From assembly GCA_964430265.1 (NCBI GenBank), contig CAYSEI010000002.1:207209-258766 (forward strand): a DNA stretch of 51,558 bases, in the 5' to 3' direction. A program made the position numbers and the translations under genes. How positions within the stretch are numbered: the stretch's first letter is position 1; each line of letters opens with the position of its first letter. The notes below the pieces were generated by a model, which made no database searches, was not told the origin of the DNA, and was given only the letters and a program-made list of their open reading frames with translations. The stretch is from an uncultured Pseudomonadales bacterium. GTDB taxonomy: Bacteria > Patescibacteriota > Microgenomatia > UBA1400 > CAYXSR01. Positions 18,759 to 29,274 of this stretch are shown here, piece after piece.

Positions 18759-19319
18759 TTAACTAATTTTTTTTAGGCTTTTACCACTTTTAGCAGAATT
18801 AGGTTTATCTTTTAGAATATCGCCCTTTTTACTTACGTATTTATCAGACATTTTTATAAGAAGCCATTTTTGATCCAAAAAATCCTTTTTGCCCATGAAT
18901 TTGACTAAACTGAAATTACCTTTTAGCTTTTTTCCCTTTAATTTGATCTCAATTTGACCATTTTCCTTTTGGTCTTGCAAAGATTGGTTTTTAATATTTT
19001 CAAAAGTACCAATATCCCAGACCATAACAGTTCCAGCGCCGTATTGGCCTTCAGGAATAGTGCCTTCAAAATCAGCGTAAGATAAGGGATGGTCTTCAGT
19101 TGGTATTGCCAGTCTTTTAACTGATGGATCCATTGAGGGTCCTTTAGGTACAGCCCAGGAAACTAAAACATCTTTTATCTGAATTCTGAAATCGTAGTGT
19201 AGGTTACTTGCATCATGTTTTTGAACAACAAAGATATTTTTGTTCCCAGGTTTTGATTCTATGGGCTCAGGTGTCTTTCGCAAATTCCTTTTTAGTTTGT
19301 ATTTTTTAAGTTTATCCAT
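18759..19319 (-). CDS. stand-alone LigD 3'-phosphoesterase (PE) domain protein
   Basis: FVVQKHDA..LHYDFR, SWAVPKGPS, TEDHP..Y..FEG, YGAG.V..WD.G. Confidence 0.92.
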   Translation of the reverse strand: MDKLKKYKLKRNLRKTPEPIESKPGNKNIFVVQKHDASNLHYDFRIQIKDVLVSWAVPKGPSMDPSVKRLAIPTEDHPLSYADFEGTIPEGQYGAGTVMVWDIGTFENIKNQSLQDQKENGQIEIKLKGKKLKGNFSLVKFMGKKDFLDQKWLLIKMSDKYVSKKGDILKDKPNSAKSGKSLKKIS

Positions 19320-21039
19320 TTTTACTAAGTAATTTTTGCAAATTTTTTAAACTATACGTATTTATAACATCTTTAGGTTCAAGCCATCCGCGTCTGGCTT
19401 GGTTAATACCATACTGCATATATTTAAGTTCTTCTGTGCTGTGAGCATCAGTAGAAATAACCATTTTCAAACCCATTTCTTTAGCATTTTTTGCTTGCAG
19501 AGCATTCAGATCAAGCCGGCTGGGCTGGGCATTAATTTCAATAAAAATATTTCTATCTTTGGCTTTTTTAAATACTTTTTCAAAATTAATATCAATTGGC
19601 TTCCGTTGCTGAATAATTCTTGCGGAAGGATGAGACCAGATAGAAAAATATGGATTATCCATAGCTTTCAAAACCCGCTGGGTTTGCTCTTTTATAGAAA
19701 GCCTGAAATGTGAATGAATAGAACACACAACTAGATTAAGCTTTTTTAAAACTTTGTCCGGCATGTCCAAAGACCCGTCTTTCTTAATATCCACTTCCAA
19801 ACTTTTTAAGATTGTAAAATCCTTTAACTCTTTGTTTAGCTGATCAATTTCGTCCAGCTGTTGCTGGACTTCGTCTGCCTCAAACCCCTGAGTAATGCCG
19901 ATATATGCAGTATGGTCAGTGATGGCAATATATTCATATCCTAATTTTTTAGCAGCTAAAGCCATTTCTTTTATTGAATTGGATCCATCACTGCCGGTTG
20001 TGTGCATCTGCAAATCACCTTTGATATCTTTTTTTGTAATCAGATTAGGCAGATTATTGTTTTTTGCTGCCTCAATTTCTCCTCTCTGCTCCCTGATTTC
20101 TGGAGGCATAAACTGTAATCCCAAATAGTCATAAATTTCTTTTTCGCTTTTTCCCGCTACCTGTTTTTTCCCTTTAAAAACACCGTATTCATTAACTTTA
20201 AGATTCTTTTCCAATGCAAGTTCTCGCAGTTTGATATTGTGGTCGCGGGATCCAGTAAAGTAGAGTAGTGCTGCGCCTTTGCTTTCAGGTGCAATTGCGC
20301 GCAGATCTACCTGCATGCCTGTTTTTAATTTTACAGTAGATTTTGTTTCACCTTTATTTACCACTTTAATAATATCTTCATAAGAAACAAAATGATCCAT
20401 TACGTTTTTTTTGTTTTTTGTTAAAGCCAAAATATCAATATCACCAACAGTTTCCTTTTTACGTCTGTAGCTTCCGGCAACAATGGCTTCTTTTAAAGCA
20501 TTTGCTTTTTTTATATATTCTAAAAGCGGTTCAACAACCTCTTCTGCAATATGAAGTAAAGTTCTTTTTTCTCCGCCTGATTTTCTTTTTTCCAAAGCCT
20601 CTTTAATGTTCTGCTGGCTTTTTTCCCCAAATCCTTCAAGTTCCTGGATTTTGTCTTTTTCAATTGCTTTTCTTAAATCATTTAAAGTTTCAATATTCAG
20701 ATTCTGGTAAAGGGTTTTAGTTCTTTTGGGTCCTAAACCTTCCATCTGCATAATAGCTCTTAATCCTTCCGGAACTTCCTGTTTTAATTCTTCAAGTTGT
20801 TTTAAACCATTGGTTTTAACAATCTCTTTTATTTTCCCTGCCAAATCTTTGCCAATACCAGACAATTGGGTTAAGTCTTTATTCTGTTTAACCCAGTCTT
20901 CTGCTCTTTCAGGTAGGCGGCGGATAGTTCTTGCAGCCTGCCTATAAGCACGGATACGAAATGGATTTGCCCCTTGAATATCAAGAAGGTCTGCTACCTG
21001 TTCAAATATTTCTGCAATCTCTGAATTATGTACTGCCAT
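19312..21039 (-). CDS. polX: DNA polymerase X with PHP domain
   Basis: NPFRIRAY, AGSYRR, GDID and VDLR catalytic Asps, YFTGS; PHP motifs DLQMHT, ITDH, HP, STDAH. Confidence 0.95.
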   Translation of the reverse strand: MAVHNSEIAEIFEQVADLLDIQGANPFRIRAYRQAARTIRRLPERAEDWVKQNKDLTQLSGIGKDLAGKIKEIVKTNGLKQLEELKQEVPEGLRAIMQMEGLGPKRTKTLYQNLNIETLNDLRKAIEKDKIQELEGFGEKSQQNIKEALEKRKSGGEKRTLLHIAEEVVEPLLEYIKKANALKEAIVAGSYRRKKETVGDIDILALTKNKKNVMDHFVSYEDIIKVVNKGETKSTVKLKTGMQVDLRAIAPESKGAALLYFTGSRDHNIKLRELALEKNLKVNEYGVFKGKKQVAGKSEKEIYDYLGLQFMPPEIREQRGEIEAAKNNNLPNLITKKDIKGDLQMHTTGSDGSNSIKEMALAAKKLGYEYIAITDHTAYIGITQGFEADEVQQQLDEIDQLNKELKDFTILKSLEVDIKKDGSLDMPDKVLKKLNLVVCSIHSHFRLSIKEQTQRVLKAMDNPYFSIWSHPSARIIQQRKPIDINFEKVFKKAKDRNIFIEINAQPSRLDLNALQAKNAKEMGLKMVISTDAHSTEELKYMQYGINQARRGWLEPKDVINTYSLKNLQKLLSKNG

Positions 21040-21050
21040 TTTTTTCTTAT

Positions 21051-21476
21051 TTAATTTTTTCTTTGATGTTCTTTGCCAAACTGAATGGCCTTATTTACCA
21101 ATTGCTGATCTGAAAGTTTACTAGTGTCAATATTTTTTTCTTTTAAGATAATTAAACCCTCAATAATTCTTTTTGCTTTAATTGCGTCTAGTCTTTTTAA
21201 ATGTTTTAATGGTTGAGGGTTGGCTTCATAGCCTTCAATCTCAAACTGTAAAGTGCCAAATACAGGTCCAGTGGTAAATCTTACAGTTTTAATATCTTTC
21301 AAAAGAATAGGGAAAACTTTGCGTGTAAGAAAAAAACGGTTACGGATTAAGCTAATTTTTTCTCGATCAACCTGAATTATGTCTGGGAAAAGCTCAAAAG
21401 GAAAAATACTTGAAACAGTAAAAATAGAAGTGTCTGTTTTTTTTTGCAGTTTTTCCAATTTTTCCTGGCTGTTCAT
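21051..21476 (-). CDS. hypothetical protein, possible bacterial PH-like domain
   Basis: FPFELFP...RFF...DI..V...GP.FG.L pattern. Confidence 0.6.
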   Translation of the reverse strand: MNSQEKLEKLQKKTDTSIFTVSSIFPFELFPDIIQVDREKISLIRNRFFLTRKVFPILLKDIKTVRFTTGPVFGTLQFEIEGYEANPQPLKHLKRLDAIKAKRIIEGLIILKEKNIDTSKLSDQQLVNKAIQFGKEHQRKN

Positions 21477-21684
21477 TTTTTCTTTTTAAATTAATATCCA
21501 TTATATATTAATTTCACTCTTTTAACAGGCAGTTGGAATCAAGTAAGAAAAAAGTAAGAAAATACAAAAGCTGACCCATATTTTAAAAGGCTGTTATAAT
21601 ACTACAAACTTTGATTCCAGAAAGAACTTTTGTTATTTTTCCCTTTTTCCCTCTTGTATCAAAAAAAATTGACTAAATTTGCGT

Positions 21685-21713
21685 TTGACACCTTTTTACC
21701 TCAATGCTAGACT
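21685..21713 (+). promoter_or_regulatory. sigma70-type promoter of the large surface protein
   Basis: TTGACA, 17 nt, TAGACT with TG extension. Confidence 0.7.
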
Positions 21714-21754
21714 GAGTTAATATATATTTTTTTATTGCTTGATACAGCAATTAA

Positions 21755-24700
21755 ATGCTATTTAATCTAAAAATCTGCCTAAATTGGCTGAAAAGAAATT
21801 TTTTAAAATCTACACCTAAAAGATCACATTTTATTTTTCTAATTTTTATTCTTTTTATAGTCATAGCAAAAACGAATGTGACTGCAGCGAACTTTAATTT
21901 GGTAACAATGACTGATTATACAGTTACGGATAACAATTTAGACACAACTGGAGTTACGCATGCTGTTACTTTTACATCTCCCGCAGAAATTCCAGCAAGC
22001 ACTTACATTGAATTCCGCATGTATACTGTATTTGATGCTGCTTTGGAAAGCTATTGTGATGCTAGCTTAACTGGTGGTGTAATTTCAGTTGGATCAGGCA
22101 GTATTAATGCTAACTCCACTCCAGCAGAGCCCTCAGAAGATTTAGGCAATATATGTAGATATCTGCGCATTCAGACTGAAGAAGTAATTTCTGCTGGTGA
22201 AGAAGTGACAATCAGTGTTGCTGATGTAGTTAACCCACAGACTGCAGGGTCTTATTATCTTCATCTTAACTGGGTAATAGGTGAAGAGCACTACAATAGT
22301 AATTCAGAAGATTCAGCTAGACAAATATTTGACGATCCGACTAATCCAACCCTTTTGTTTAAAATAACAGTCAATGATCCTGATGGCAGTCCGGTGCAAA
22401 ACTCTAATGTCTGGATGCACACAGCAGACCACAGCAAACATGCTTCAGCTACAACTGATGCACAAGGAAATGCTTACTTTTTCCCGGTTAACTTTTATAC
22501 TTACGACTATGAACCCCCTGACGGTGACTACATTGTCGAAGTTTATGTGCCAACAGGTTCAGAATATACTAATCCTGCGACCCAACCAACAGTAACCATA
22601 GAAACAGGGACAGTAAATTCCGACTATTTTACAGGCAATAGTCCCGGTCCAATACAACTAACCCAGCCGCAGTTAAAAACAACTTTCCAAGTTCCTACAG
22701 GATGTGATACTTGTACTGCCAGTGCAGGCGATGCAATACCTTATGTTGATACAGATATAGTGGCGTCAGATATGGATCCAAGTAAAATGAAGCATAGTTC
22801 TTCGGATGCAAACGGAGTAATTAAGTTTGGCGGCTTGCCTGACGGAACATATAACCTTGAGATTAGAATGCCTTATAACGGATCCGAGTATTTAGGTCTT
22901 ACCAATCCTTCCACGATTTCAAACATTGTTATTAGTAACAGCGGGGAAACAGTTACTTATGAATCAACAGAATACAATCAGGGAGATGGTGATTTTCCGG
23001 TACTTATAGGAGTTGCAGGAATAACAGAATTCGGAGTAGCCAAAAAAACAGTTAGCGGAAGGGTAACTAAGACAGACGGGACAGGTGTTGATAATGCAAA
23101 AATATTTGCCATGAAAATGAATGCTTCAGGTATGTCTGAAACCACAACTGATGCAAACGGTAATTATTCTTTAAAAATCGGCGGCGGAAGCTGGAATATT
23201 CGTCCGGAAGTAGATTATTCACCAAATTATGATGATGACCCGCATAATGATGTAACTGCAACCTGGGTATTTTGCGGGATGGGAAGAAATGTCAGTTTTG
23301 AAGAAGACAATACAGAAGAAACAAAAACGGGTAATTTTGAAGTAAAAGAAGTGGAAGCCACTTTACAAGGAAAAGTTGTTTATCCTAATGGAGATCCAGT
23401 TACTGGTTCTGCTTCAATAAATGCTTTTTCAAAGGACGGATGCGGGAGCTATGCTAATCTTAACTGGCAGACAGGTACATTTAGTGCAGCACTACCAGCA
23501 GGCACGTATTCTGTTACTGTGAGTGTTTGGAATGAAAACTATAGTTCTCCAGCAGCAAAATCCGTGACTTTAACAAGTGGAACTGTAGATATCGGCACTT
23601 TGACTTTGGTGGAAAAAAACGCTCAAATAACCGGAAGGCTATGGGCGGACAAAAATGGAAATAATCAGTATGACAGTGGAGAAGGTGTAGAAAATGTAAT
23701 GATAGATGCTTTTAAAATGAACAAAAAGTTTGATCAAAATGCCGGTCCTGGACCGGGACCAATGGGTGATGCAGGTGGTTTTTCCAATACAACCAGTGAT
23801 GCAAACGGAGAATACACTTTAAAAGTGACCAAAGGAACATGGATGGTGAATGTAATGGCAGACATGGGTATGATGCATGGTGGTTACTCGGAAACCAGTA
23901 CAAACTATATTTATGACGGTGCACCTAATCAGGTAGCAATATCTGAAGACAATCAGGTTAGTTCGGCCAATAATTTTCAACTAAAAACAGCTAATGCAAC
24001 AATTAACGGAAGGCTTTGGGCGGATGCGAATGATAATAACCAATATGATGATGGTGAAGGAGTTAGTAACATATTTGGATATGCATTTGCCGAAGCCTCC
24101 GGAACTTTTAACCAAGGGCCAATGATGGGAGCAGGAATGGGTGCCCCAATTTCCAGAGGAACTTTCCAAATTAAAGTACCGGCAGGTACCTACAAAATTG
24201 GAGCTGATTTTCCTCCAGAAAGTACAAGCTATACACCTTCAGGGATGACTGAAGTAACAGTTGCTTCTGGCGGAACAGCTACGGCAAACTTGCAAGTACT
24301 GCCTAACAATGCAACAGTTCGTGTTGAGTTTAAAGATAATGATGGAAATTCAGTAACATCACTAAGCTATGCTGAAGTATTTTTTGACAATTCAGAAGGC
24401 GGACATCAGTACCATATGCTTTCAACAGAAGAATTAAGCAGCGGATATGCGGAAATGAATGTTTCTGCCGGAATCTGGCGTGTAGGCTACTATATTGACC
24501 CTTCCAAGAACAACTATATGAACTCACCTGCTACGGACAATAAGGTAATTGCAGTTAAAGACCAAACTGTAACCAAAAATGTTGTTCTGCAAGAATCTGA
24601 TTCAAGTGTGACAGGAACTGTAAAGGATCCAAACGGGAATCCTTTAACCGGGGTATATGTTTCAATTGACAACCGTAAAGTTGATAATTTTGATCCTTTA

Positions 24701-26401
24701 GGCGGAATGATGTTGGCAAATGGTAAAGTAACGGACTCAAACGGTACATATTCCTTAAATCTACCGGCAGGGACATATCAAGTTCAAGCATTTTTTCCTC
24801 CGGAAGCAATAATTTCTGGAGCAACAGTTAACTATCTTAACCCTGAGCCTAAACAAGTAACTATTGACGCATCTAATCCTGCTACAGCTAACTTTAATTT
24901 TAAACAGTCGGATGCGAGTATTAGCGGAATAGTAACGCTTAATGGGTCAAACCAGGGCGCCTTTATATCTGCGTATTCAGAAAAAGGCGGCTACAATGAA
25001 ACTACCAGTAGCAATGGCGCATATTCGCTGAATGTAACTAAAAATGATACTTGGTATGTGAGGGCGTTTTTTGAAGACGGAAATAATGTATATTTAAGTG
25101 ATGTAAATGAAGTGTTAGTGGGTTCAAATGATAGCAAAACCCAAAACTTGGTTTTGGAAGTAGCGCCGTTTACTGTTCCGGATTCAGTTTCAACCAATTT
25201 CAATTGTGCGAATGCTAAAAAAGTTACTTTATCCAATGGTGCAGAAATATCCATACCTTCAGGAGCAATCCAGCCGTCTTCTGTACAGACTTGTGACAGC
25301 AGTAGTGCAAACAGTAATGTAACCCTAACAATCAGTCCGACAACTCAAATGTCATTGCAGAACAAATCAGTCCCAATTGGAGTTGGGTACGAAATATCTG
25401 CAATGGATTCTAACGGTTCAACAATTTCAGATACATTTAGCTCAAATGTAACAATAACTATTCCTTATAGTGATCAAGAAATTGAAACCTCTTTAGGTGG
25501 TGGAGAAGTAAACGAATCATTACTAGGTAATGGATATTGGGATACTTCAACTTCAAGCTGGCGTAATGTTTCCAGTGAGGTTATGGATACGGACAACAAC
25601 CAGATGACAATTTCAACCAACCACTTTACATTGTTTGGTGTTTTGGCAGCAACAGATCCCAACTATACTGCCAATCCGGATACAGATAGTAGTGATACAG
25701 ACACTACCTCAACTACAGTAAATGAAGGGGAATCAAAACCAATGCTGGATACAATTTCGGGTGCATTAATTGAAGGAGCACAAAACAAGGTAGCTATGGT
25801 TATTCCTGCTGGAGCAGTAAAGTGGGATGCGGACTTTGAAATTAACAAAATAGAAACAGGTTTTGTTAAACCTCTCCCCCCTGTTTGGATTGGATCCGGT
25901 CCTTTTAAAGTTAAAATGAAATCCTGGTTTAATAATGCACAGTTTTGGGCTTTTAAAAAACCGGTTGTCCTTATTCTTCGCTATGATCCTTTAGCTTTGG
26001 GAGGAATACCTGAATCCTCTTTACGTATGAATTACTATGATGAAAACAAAAAAATCTGGGTTCCAATGGACTCATTTTTGATCAAAGACCGAAATGAAGT
26101 AGCAGTTGTAGTGAATAAACTACATGATAAATATGCACTTTTAGGCGGATATGGTTACTATTGGCAGAAAGACCCTTATACTCAAGAAAATAAAATTACA
26201 GAACAAATGCAAGTGACATCGGAAGATGTTGGAATGGATGAAGAAAAAATGCCTAAAAGAGAAATTAATGAAAATCAGAAACAAGATGATTTTCAGTCTG
26301 AAATAGATAAAAACATTAACATCCCTTCGGAAAACGGACAAACACAAAAAGGATTACTCGGTAGAATTTGGAATGGGATTAAAAATATCTTTTCCTTTTA
26401 A
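21755..26401 (+). CDS. 1548-aa secreted/surface protein with tandem carboxypeptidase-regulatory-like (prealbumin-like) beta-sandwich repeats
   Basis: N-terminal hydrophobic segment; repeated G.V.D..G.P / TDANG.Y...L..G.Y motifs; two SdrD-like GRLWAD.N.NNQYD.GEG units; two C-terminal IP.GA...W-type domains. Confidence 0.85.
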   Translation: MLFNLKICLNWLKRNFLKSTPKRSHFIFLIFILFIVIAKTNVTAANFNLVTMTDYTVTDNNLDTTGVTHAVTFTSPAEIPASTYIEFRMYTVFDAALESYCDASLTGGVISVGSGSINANSTPAEPSEDLGNICRYLRIQTEEVISAGEEVTISVADVVNPQTAGSYYLHLNWVIGEEHYNSNSEDSARQIFDDPTNPTLLFKITVNDPDGSPVQNSNVWMHTADHSKHASATTDAQGNAYFFPVNFYTYDYEPPDGDYIVEVYVPTGSEYTNPATQPTVTIETGTVNSDYFTGNSPGPIQLTQPQLKTTFQVPTGCDTCTASAGDAIPYVDTDIVASDMDPSKMKHSSSDANGVIKFGGLPDGTYNLEIRMPYNGSEYLGLTNPSTISNIVISNSGETVTYESTEYNQGDGDFPVLIGVAGITEFGVAKKTVSGRVTKTDGTGVDNAKIFAMKMNASGMSETTTDANGNYSLKIGGGSWNIRPEVDYSPNYDDDPHNDVTATWVFCGMGRNVSFEEDNTEETKTGNFEVKEVEATLQGKVVYPNGDPVTGSASINAFSKDGCGSYANLNWQTGTFSAALPAGTYSVTVSVWNENYSSPAAKSVTLTSGTVDIGTLTLVEKNAQITGRLWADKNGNNQYDSGEGVENVMIDAFKMNKKFDQNAGPGPGPMGDAGGFSNTTSDANGEYTLKVTKGTWMVNVMADMGMMHGGYSETSTNYIYDGAPNQVAISEDNQVSSANNFQLKTANATINGRLWADANDNNQYDDGEGVSNIFGYAFAEASGTFNQGPMMGAGMGAPISRGTFQIKVPAGTYKIGADFPPESTSYTPSGMTEVTVASGGTATANLQVLPNNATVRVEFKDNDGNSVTSLSYAEVFFDNSEGGHQYHMLSTEELSSGYAEMNVSAGIWRVGYYIDPSKNNYMNSPATDNKVIAVKDQTVTKNVVLQESDSSVTGTVKDPNGNPLTGVYVSIDNRKVDNFDPLGGMMLANGKVTDSNGTYSLNLPAGTYQVQAFFPPEAIISGATVNYLNPEPKQVTIDASNPATANFNFKQSDASISGIVTLNGSNQGAFISAYSEKGGYNETTSSNGAYSLNVTKNDTWYVRAFFEDGNNVYLSDVNEVLVGSNDSKTQNLVLEVAPFTVPDSVSTNFNCANAKKVTLSNGAEISIPSGAIQPSSVQTCDSSSANSNVTLTISPTTQMSLQNKSVPIGVGYEISAMDSNGSTISDTFSSNVTITIPYSDQEIETSLGGGEVNESLLGNGYWDTSTSSWRNVSSEVMDTDNNQMTISTNHFTLFGVLAATDPNYTANPDTDSSDTDTTSTTVNEGESKPMLDTISGALIEGAQNKVAMVIPAGAVKWDADFEINKIETGFVKPLPPVWIGSGPFKVKMKSWFNNAQFWAFKKPVVLILRYDPLALGGIPESSLRMNYYDENKKIWVPMDSFLIKDRNEVAVVVNKLHDKYALLGGYGYYWQKDPYTQENKITEQMQVTSEDVGMDEEKMPKREINENQKQDDFQSEIDKNINIPSENGQTQKGLLGRIWNGIKNIFSF
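23633..24064 (+). repeat. intragenic duplicated SdrD-B-like (putative Ca-binding) motif
   Basis: GRLWADKNGNNQYDSGEGV (23633-23689) and GRLWADANDNNQYDDGEGV (24008-24064). Confidence 0.75.
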
Positions 26402-26406
26402 ACTAT

Positions 26407-27210
26407 TCAAAGATTCGCAAAAAAGATTAATTTTATTGCACTGGCTGCCACTACAATATATAAAGTAATTTTCAAATATTTAGTAGGAATTTTTGTTGCT
26501 TTTTTAACTCCAATATAAGAACCCAAGGAAGTACTCCAAACTAAAGGAAACAAAAGCTGCCAGTCAATTAAACTTCTACCGTTTTTTAAGAAAACATAAG
26601 ATGCACTGATTGACAAGACTAAAGTAATAATTTTTACACTAGCTGCACTGACAAGCAGAGGACTTTCTCCTAACAAAAGAAAAAGCATTAAAAGCATAGT
26701 TCCGATTGAACCGCCGTAAAAACCACCGTAAATCCCTAAAAGAAAGGTAAGAAAACTTAAAAACATTAATCTTTTTTCATTATGGGTGATTAAAATTCCG
26801 CCGTTAAAATACTTGTCCCAAATCCTTTTTAAAAAATTGACTTTTTTTTCAGTATCGGTTCTAGGAAGTAAGAATAAAAGAAAGACCATGATTCCGCCGA
26901 CTATTTTGGAAAGCAGATCCCTGTTGACTTGTAAAACAAGATTAGCCCCAATAAAACTGCCCATCATGGCAAATCCAGCTAAAATTAAAGTCTGCTTCCA
27001 AGTGACTAGTTTTTGTTTGGCATACGTTATACTTCCTGTCAGTTCCTGGAAGACGGTTGCTAGGCGCATTGTAGCAATTGTACTCATAGTTGGAGTACCT
27101 AAAAAAGAAAGAAGGGAAACCATTAGTAAGCTGCCTCCGCCTACCACTGCATCAAGTGCACCGACTGCAAAACCACCGACTAATAATGCAATAACTTTCC
27201 ATACAAGCAT
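26407..27210 (-). CDS. TauE/SafE (TSUP) family transporter
   Basis: G.LDAVVGGG and GIYGGFYGG..G internal repeat motifs; multi-TM. Confidence 0.88.
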   Translation of the reverse strand: MLVWKVIALLVGGFAVGALDAVVGGGSLLMVSLLSFLGTPTMSTIATMRLATVFQELTGSITYAKQKLVTWKQTLILAGFAMMGSFIGANLVLQVNRDLLSKIVGGIMVFLLFLLPRTDTEKKVNFLKRIWDKYFNGGILITHNEKRLMFLSFLTFLLGIYGGFYGGSIGTMLLMLFLLLGESPLLVSAASVKIITLVLSISASYVFLKNGRSLIDWQLLFPLVWSTSLGSYIGVKKATKIPTKYLKITLYIVVAASAIKLIFFANL

Positions 27211-27219
27211 AAATATATT

Positions 27220-28089
27220 TTAAAGAAATTTTTCCGGCCAGTGCTTACTGGTTTCAACATGTAAGTTTAAATATATTGGTTTATTAGTAATTGTTTCCAG
27301 TTCTTTTCTTGCATGGGTACCAATTTTTTTGATTCTATTGCCGTTTTGTCCAATAATCATTTTTTTGTAGCGGTCGTCTAAAGTATAGATTATAGCTTTG
27401 ATATAGAAAACGCCGTTATCTCGTTCCTTAAGCTCTTCTACATGTGCAGTGAGAGTATAAGGAACTTCTTGAAATGTTGCTAAGTATGCTTTTTCCCTGA
27501 TTATTTCACCAATAAAAATCTCTGGTGTAATATTTAATGCGGGAAACTTAAGTTTATCCGGATCAACAATCGGTTCTCTTTTAGGAATATATTTATAAAC
27601 AGTATCCACAAGTGTATTTAAATGGGTTTTTTTGATTGCAGAAATTTTGACCACTTCGTCGCATTCTTCTTCCTGTGCATAGTAAAAAGGGATGTAGGAG
27701 GGCTTTTCAATATCAATTTTATTAATTACCAATATTTTGGGGATTTCAACTTTTCTGATTATACCCAGTATTTTTGCTTCTTCAGCTCCTGGTTTTTTAG
27801 TATGGTCAATCATATACAATAAAACATCCGAACCTTCAATTTGTTGGCCGGCAATCGGATTGATTTTTGCAGATACAGGATCTTGTATCTTTTCAAAAAT
27901 TCCTGGAGTATCTACAAAAATAATTTGGCCTTTATCATCATGGTAAACTCCCTGAACAGGGATCCGTGTGGTTTGCGGTTTTGGCGAAGTAATACTTACC
28001 TTTTGTTGTAAAAGATTGTTTAAAAGTGTTGACTTACCCACACTGGGCCGTCCGATCATAGTTGCAAAGCCTGCTTTAATTTTTTTCAT
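27220..28089 (-). CDS. era: GTPase Era
   Basis: GRPSVGKSTL, QTTR, DTPG, NKID, KH domain IIGQNG..IK. Confidence 0.97.
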   Translation of the reverse strand: MKKIKAGFATMIGRPSVGKSTLLNNLLQQKVSITSPKPQTTRIPVQGVYHDDKGQIIFVDTPGIFEKIQDPVSAKINPIAGQQIEGSDVLLYMIDHTKKPGAEEAKILGIIRKVEIPKILVINKIDIEKPSYIPFYYAQEEECDEVVKISAIKKTHLNTLVDTVYKYIPKREPIVDPDKLKFPALNITPEIFIGEIIREKAYLATFQEVPYTLTAHVEELKERDNGVFYIKAIIYTLDDRYKKMIIGQNGNRIKKIGTHARKELETITNKPIYLNLHVETSKHWPEKFL

Positions 28090-29234
28090 TTTTCATCTTT
28101 CATTCTTTTAATAACTTCTTCCCAGATGTCATTATTATCTCCTTCATAACCTAGGCTCCAAAAACCGATTCCACTTATTTCTGTTTGTTGAATTAAGCTC
28201 AATTTAATTTTAAGCGAACGTAAGTCCTCGTAATATATCTGTTTAGTAAAATTTCCGTCTTTATAAACCAGCCAGGGTGATTCTCCCACGCGGTCCCAAA
28301 AAATTTTAACATCTGCATTCTCCTTAATAAAATCCTTCATTCTGCCGTAGCTTGCTAAAGCAGTCGGTTTATCAAGGGTTTGGCTGGCAAACTCTTCATT
28401 TGCAGTATACCATTCGTAGCCATATAAGGGAAAGGCCATTATTAATTTCTCCCTGGGAAATTTTTCATTAGCGACTCTGAGGGTATTGATAATATTTTTG
28501 TCATTGGTTCTGGTTCTTAAAGGAGCAACTGGTCCGGTATTAGTTGATCCAGGTCGGTGAAAATCATAAGCCATGATCACAATATGATCTACTGTATCAG
28601 CTATTTCTGCCAAAAGTTCCTGATCGCCTCGATATATAGTATTACTGTAAAAATCAACAGAAATTACTGCCCCTGTTTCCTCTTTAATTGTTTTAAGCAT
28701 GGAAACAAAGTTTTTATTTAGAATAGCGGTGGGATTATTTGCGTATTCAAAGTCAATATTGATCCCGTCAAAATCTCCGTCTATAAGCTTGGTTTCAATA
28801 TTATTGACCAGATTTCTATGGCTGGCTGTGTTATTAACCAGAAGATCAATATCATCGTCTTGAAACAGTCTCAGGCTAAAGCTTAAAGTTTTACCTTGTT
28901 TTTGTAATTCTTCTTTAATATTTTGGAATTTTTCCGTATGTACTGCATTACTGATTTGGTTGTTTTCTATATTTCCTTGGTTGTCAACATCATAAGTGAA
29001 AAAAACAATTTCATCAAAAGGTTTTAGATTAACATTCCATTTATCCAGATTCCAATGAGGTAAAAAACCCAGAACATAAAAATCTCTTTTTGTAGACGCA
29101 GCGTATTTTATCTGTCCCGGGTTATCGGGTAAAGGTGAAACATATTGGGGCGGCCGGTTTAGATACCAATAGCCAAAACCTAAGGATAAAATAAAGATAA
29201 TTAATAGTGGTATAAGAATAAAATAATATCGCAT
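28086..29234 (-). CDS. membrane-anchored glycoside hydrolase family 18 protein
   Basis: N-terminal TM, FDGINIDFEY, MAYD, PLYGY, W.LG. Confidence 0.9.
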   Translation of the reverse strand: MRYYFILIPLLIIFILSLGFGYWYLNRPPQYVSPLPDNPGQIKYAASTKRDFYVLGFLPHWNLDKWNVNLKPFDEIVFFTYDVDNQGNIENNQISNAVHTEKFQNIKEELQKQGKTLSFSLRLFQDDDIDLLVNNTASHRNLVNNIETKLIDGDFDGINIDFEYANNPTAILNKNFVSMLKTIKEETGAVISVDFYSNTIYRGDQELLAEIADTVDHIVIMAYDFHRPGSTNTGPVAPLRTRTNDKNIINTLRVANEKFPREKLIMAFPLYGYEWYTANEEFASQTLDKPTALASYGRMKDFIKENADVKIFWDRVGESPWLVYKDGNFTKQIYYEDLRSLKIKLSLIQQTEISGIGFWSLGYEGDNNDIWEEVIKRMKDEK

Positions 29235-29274
29235 CTGATTTATTTCTATGTTATGATATTATCATAAATTAAAA

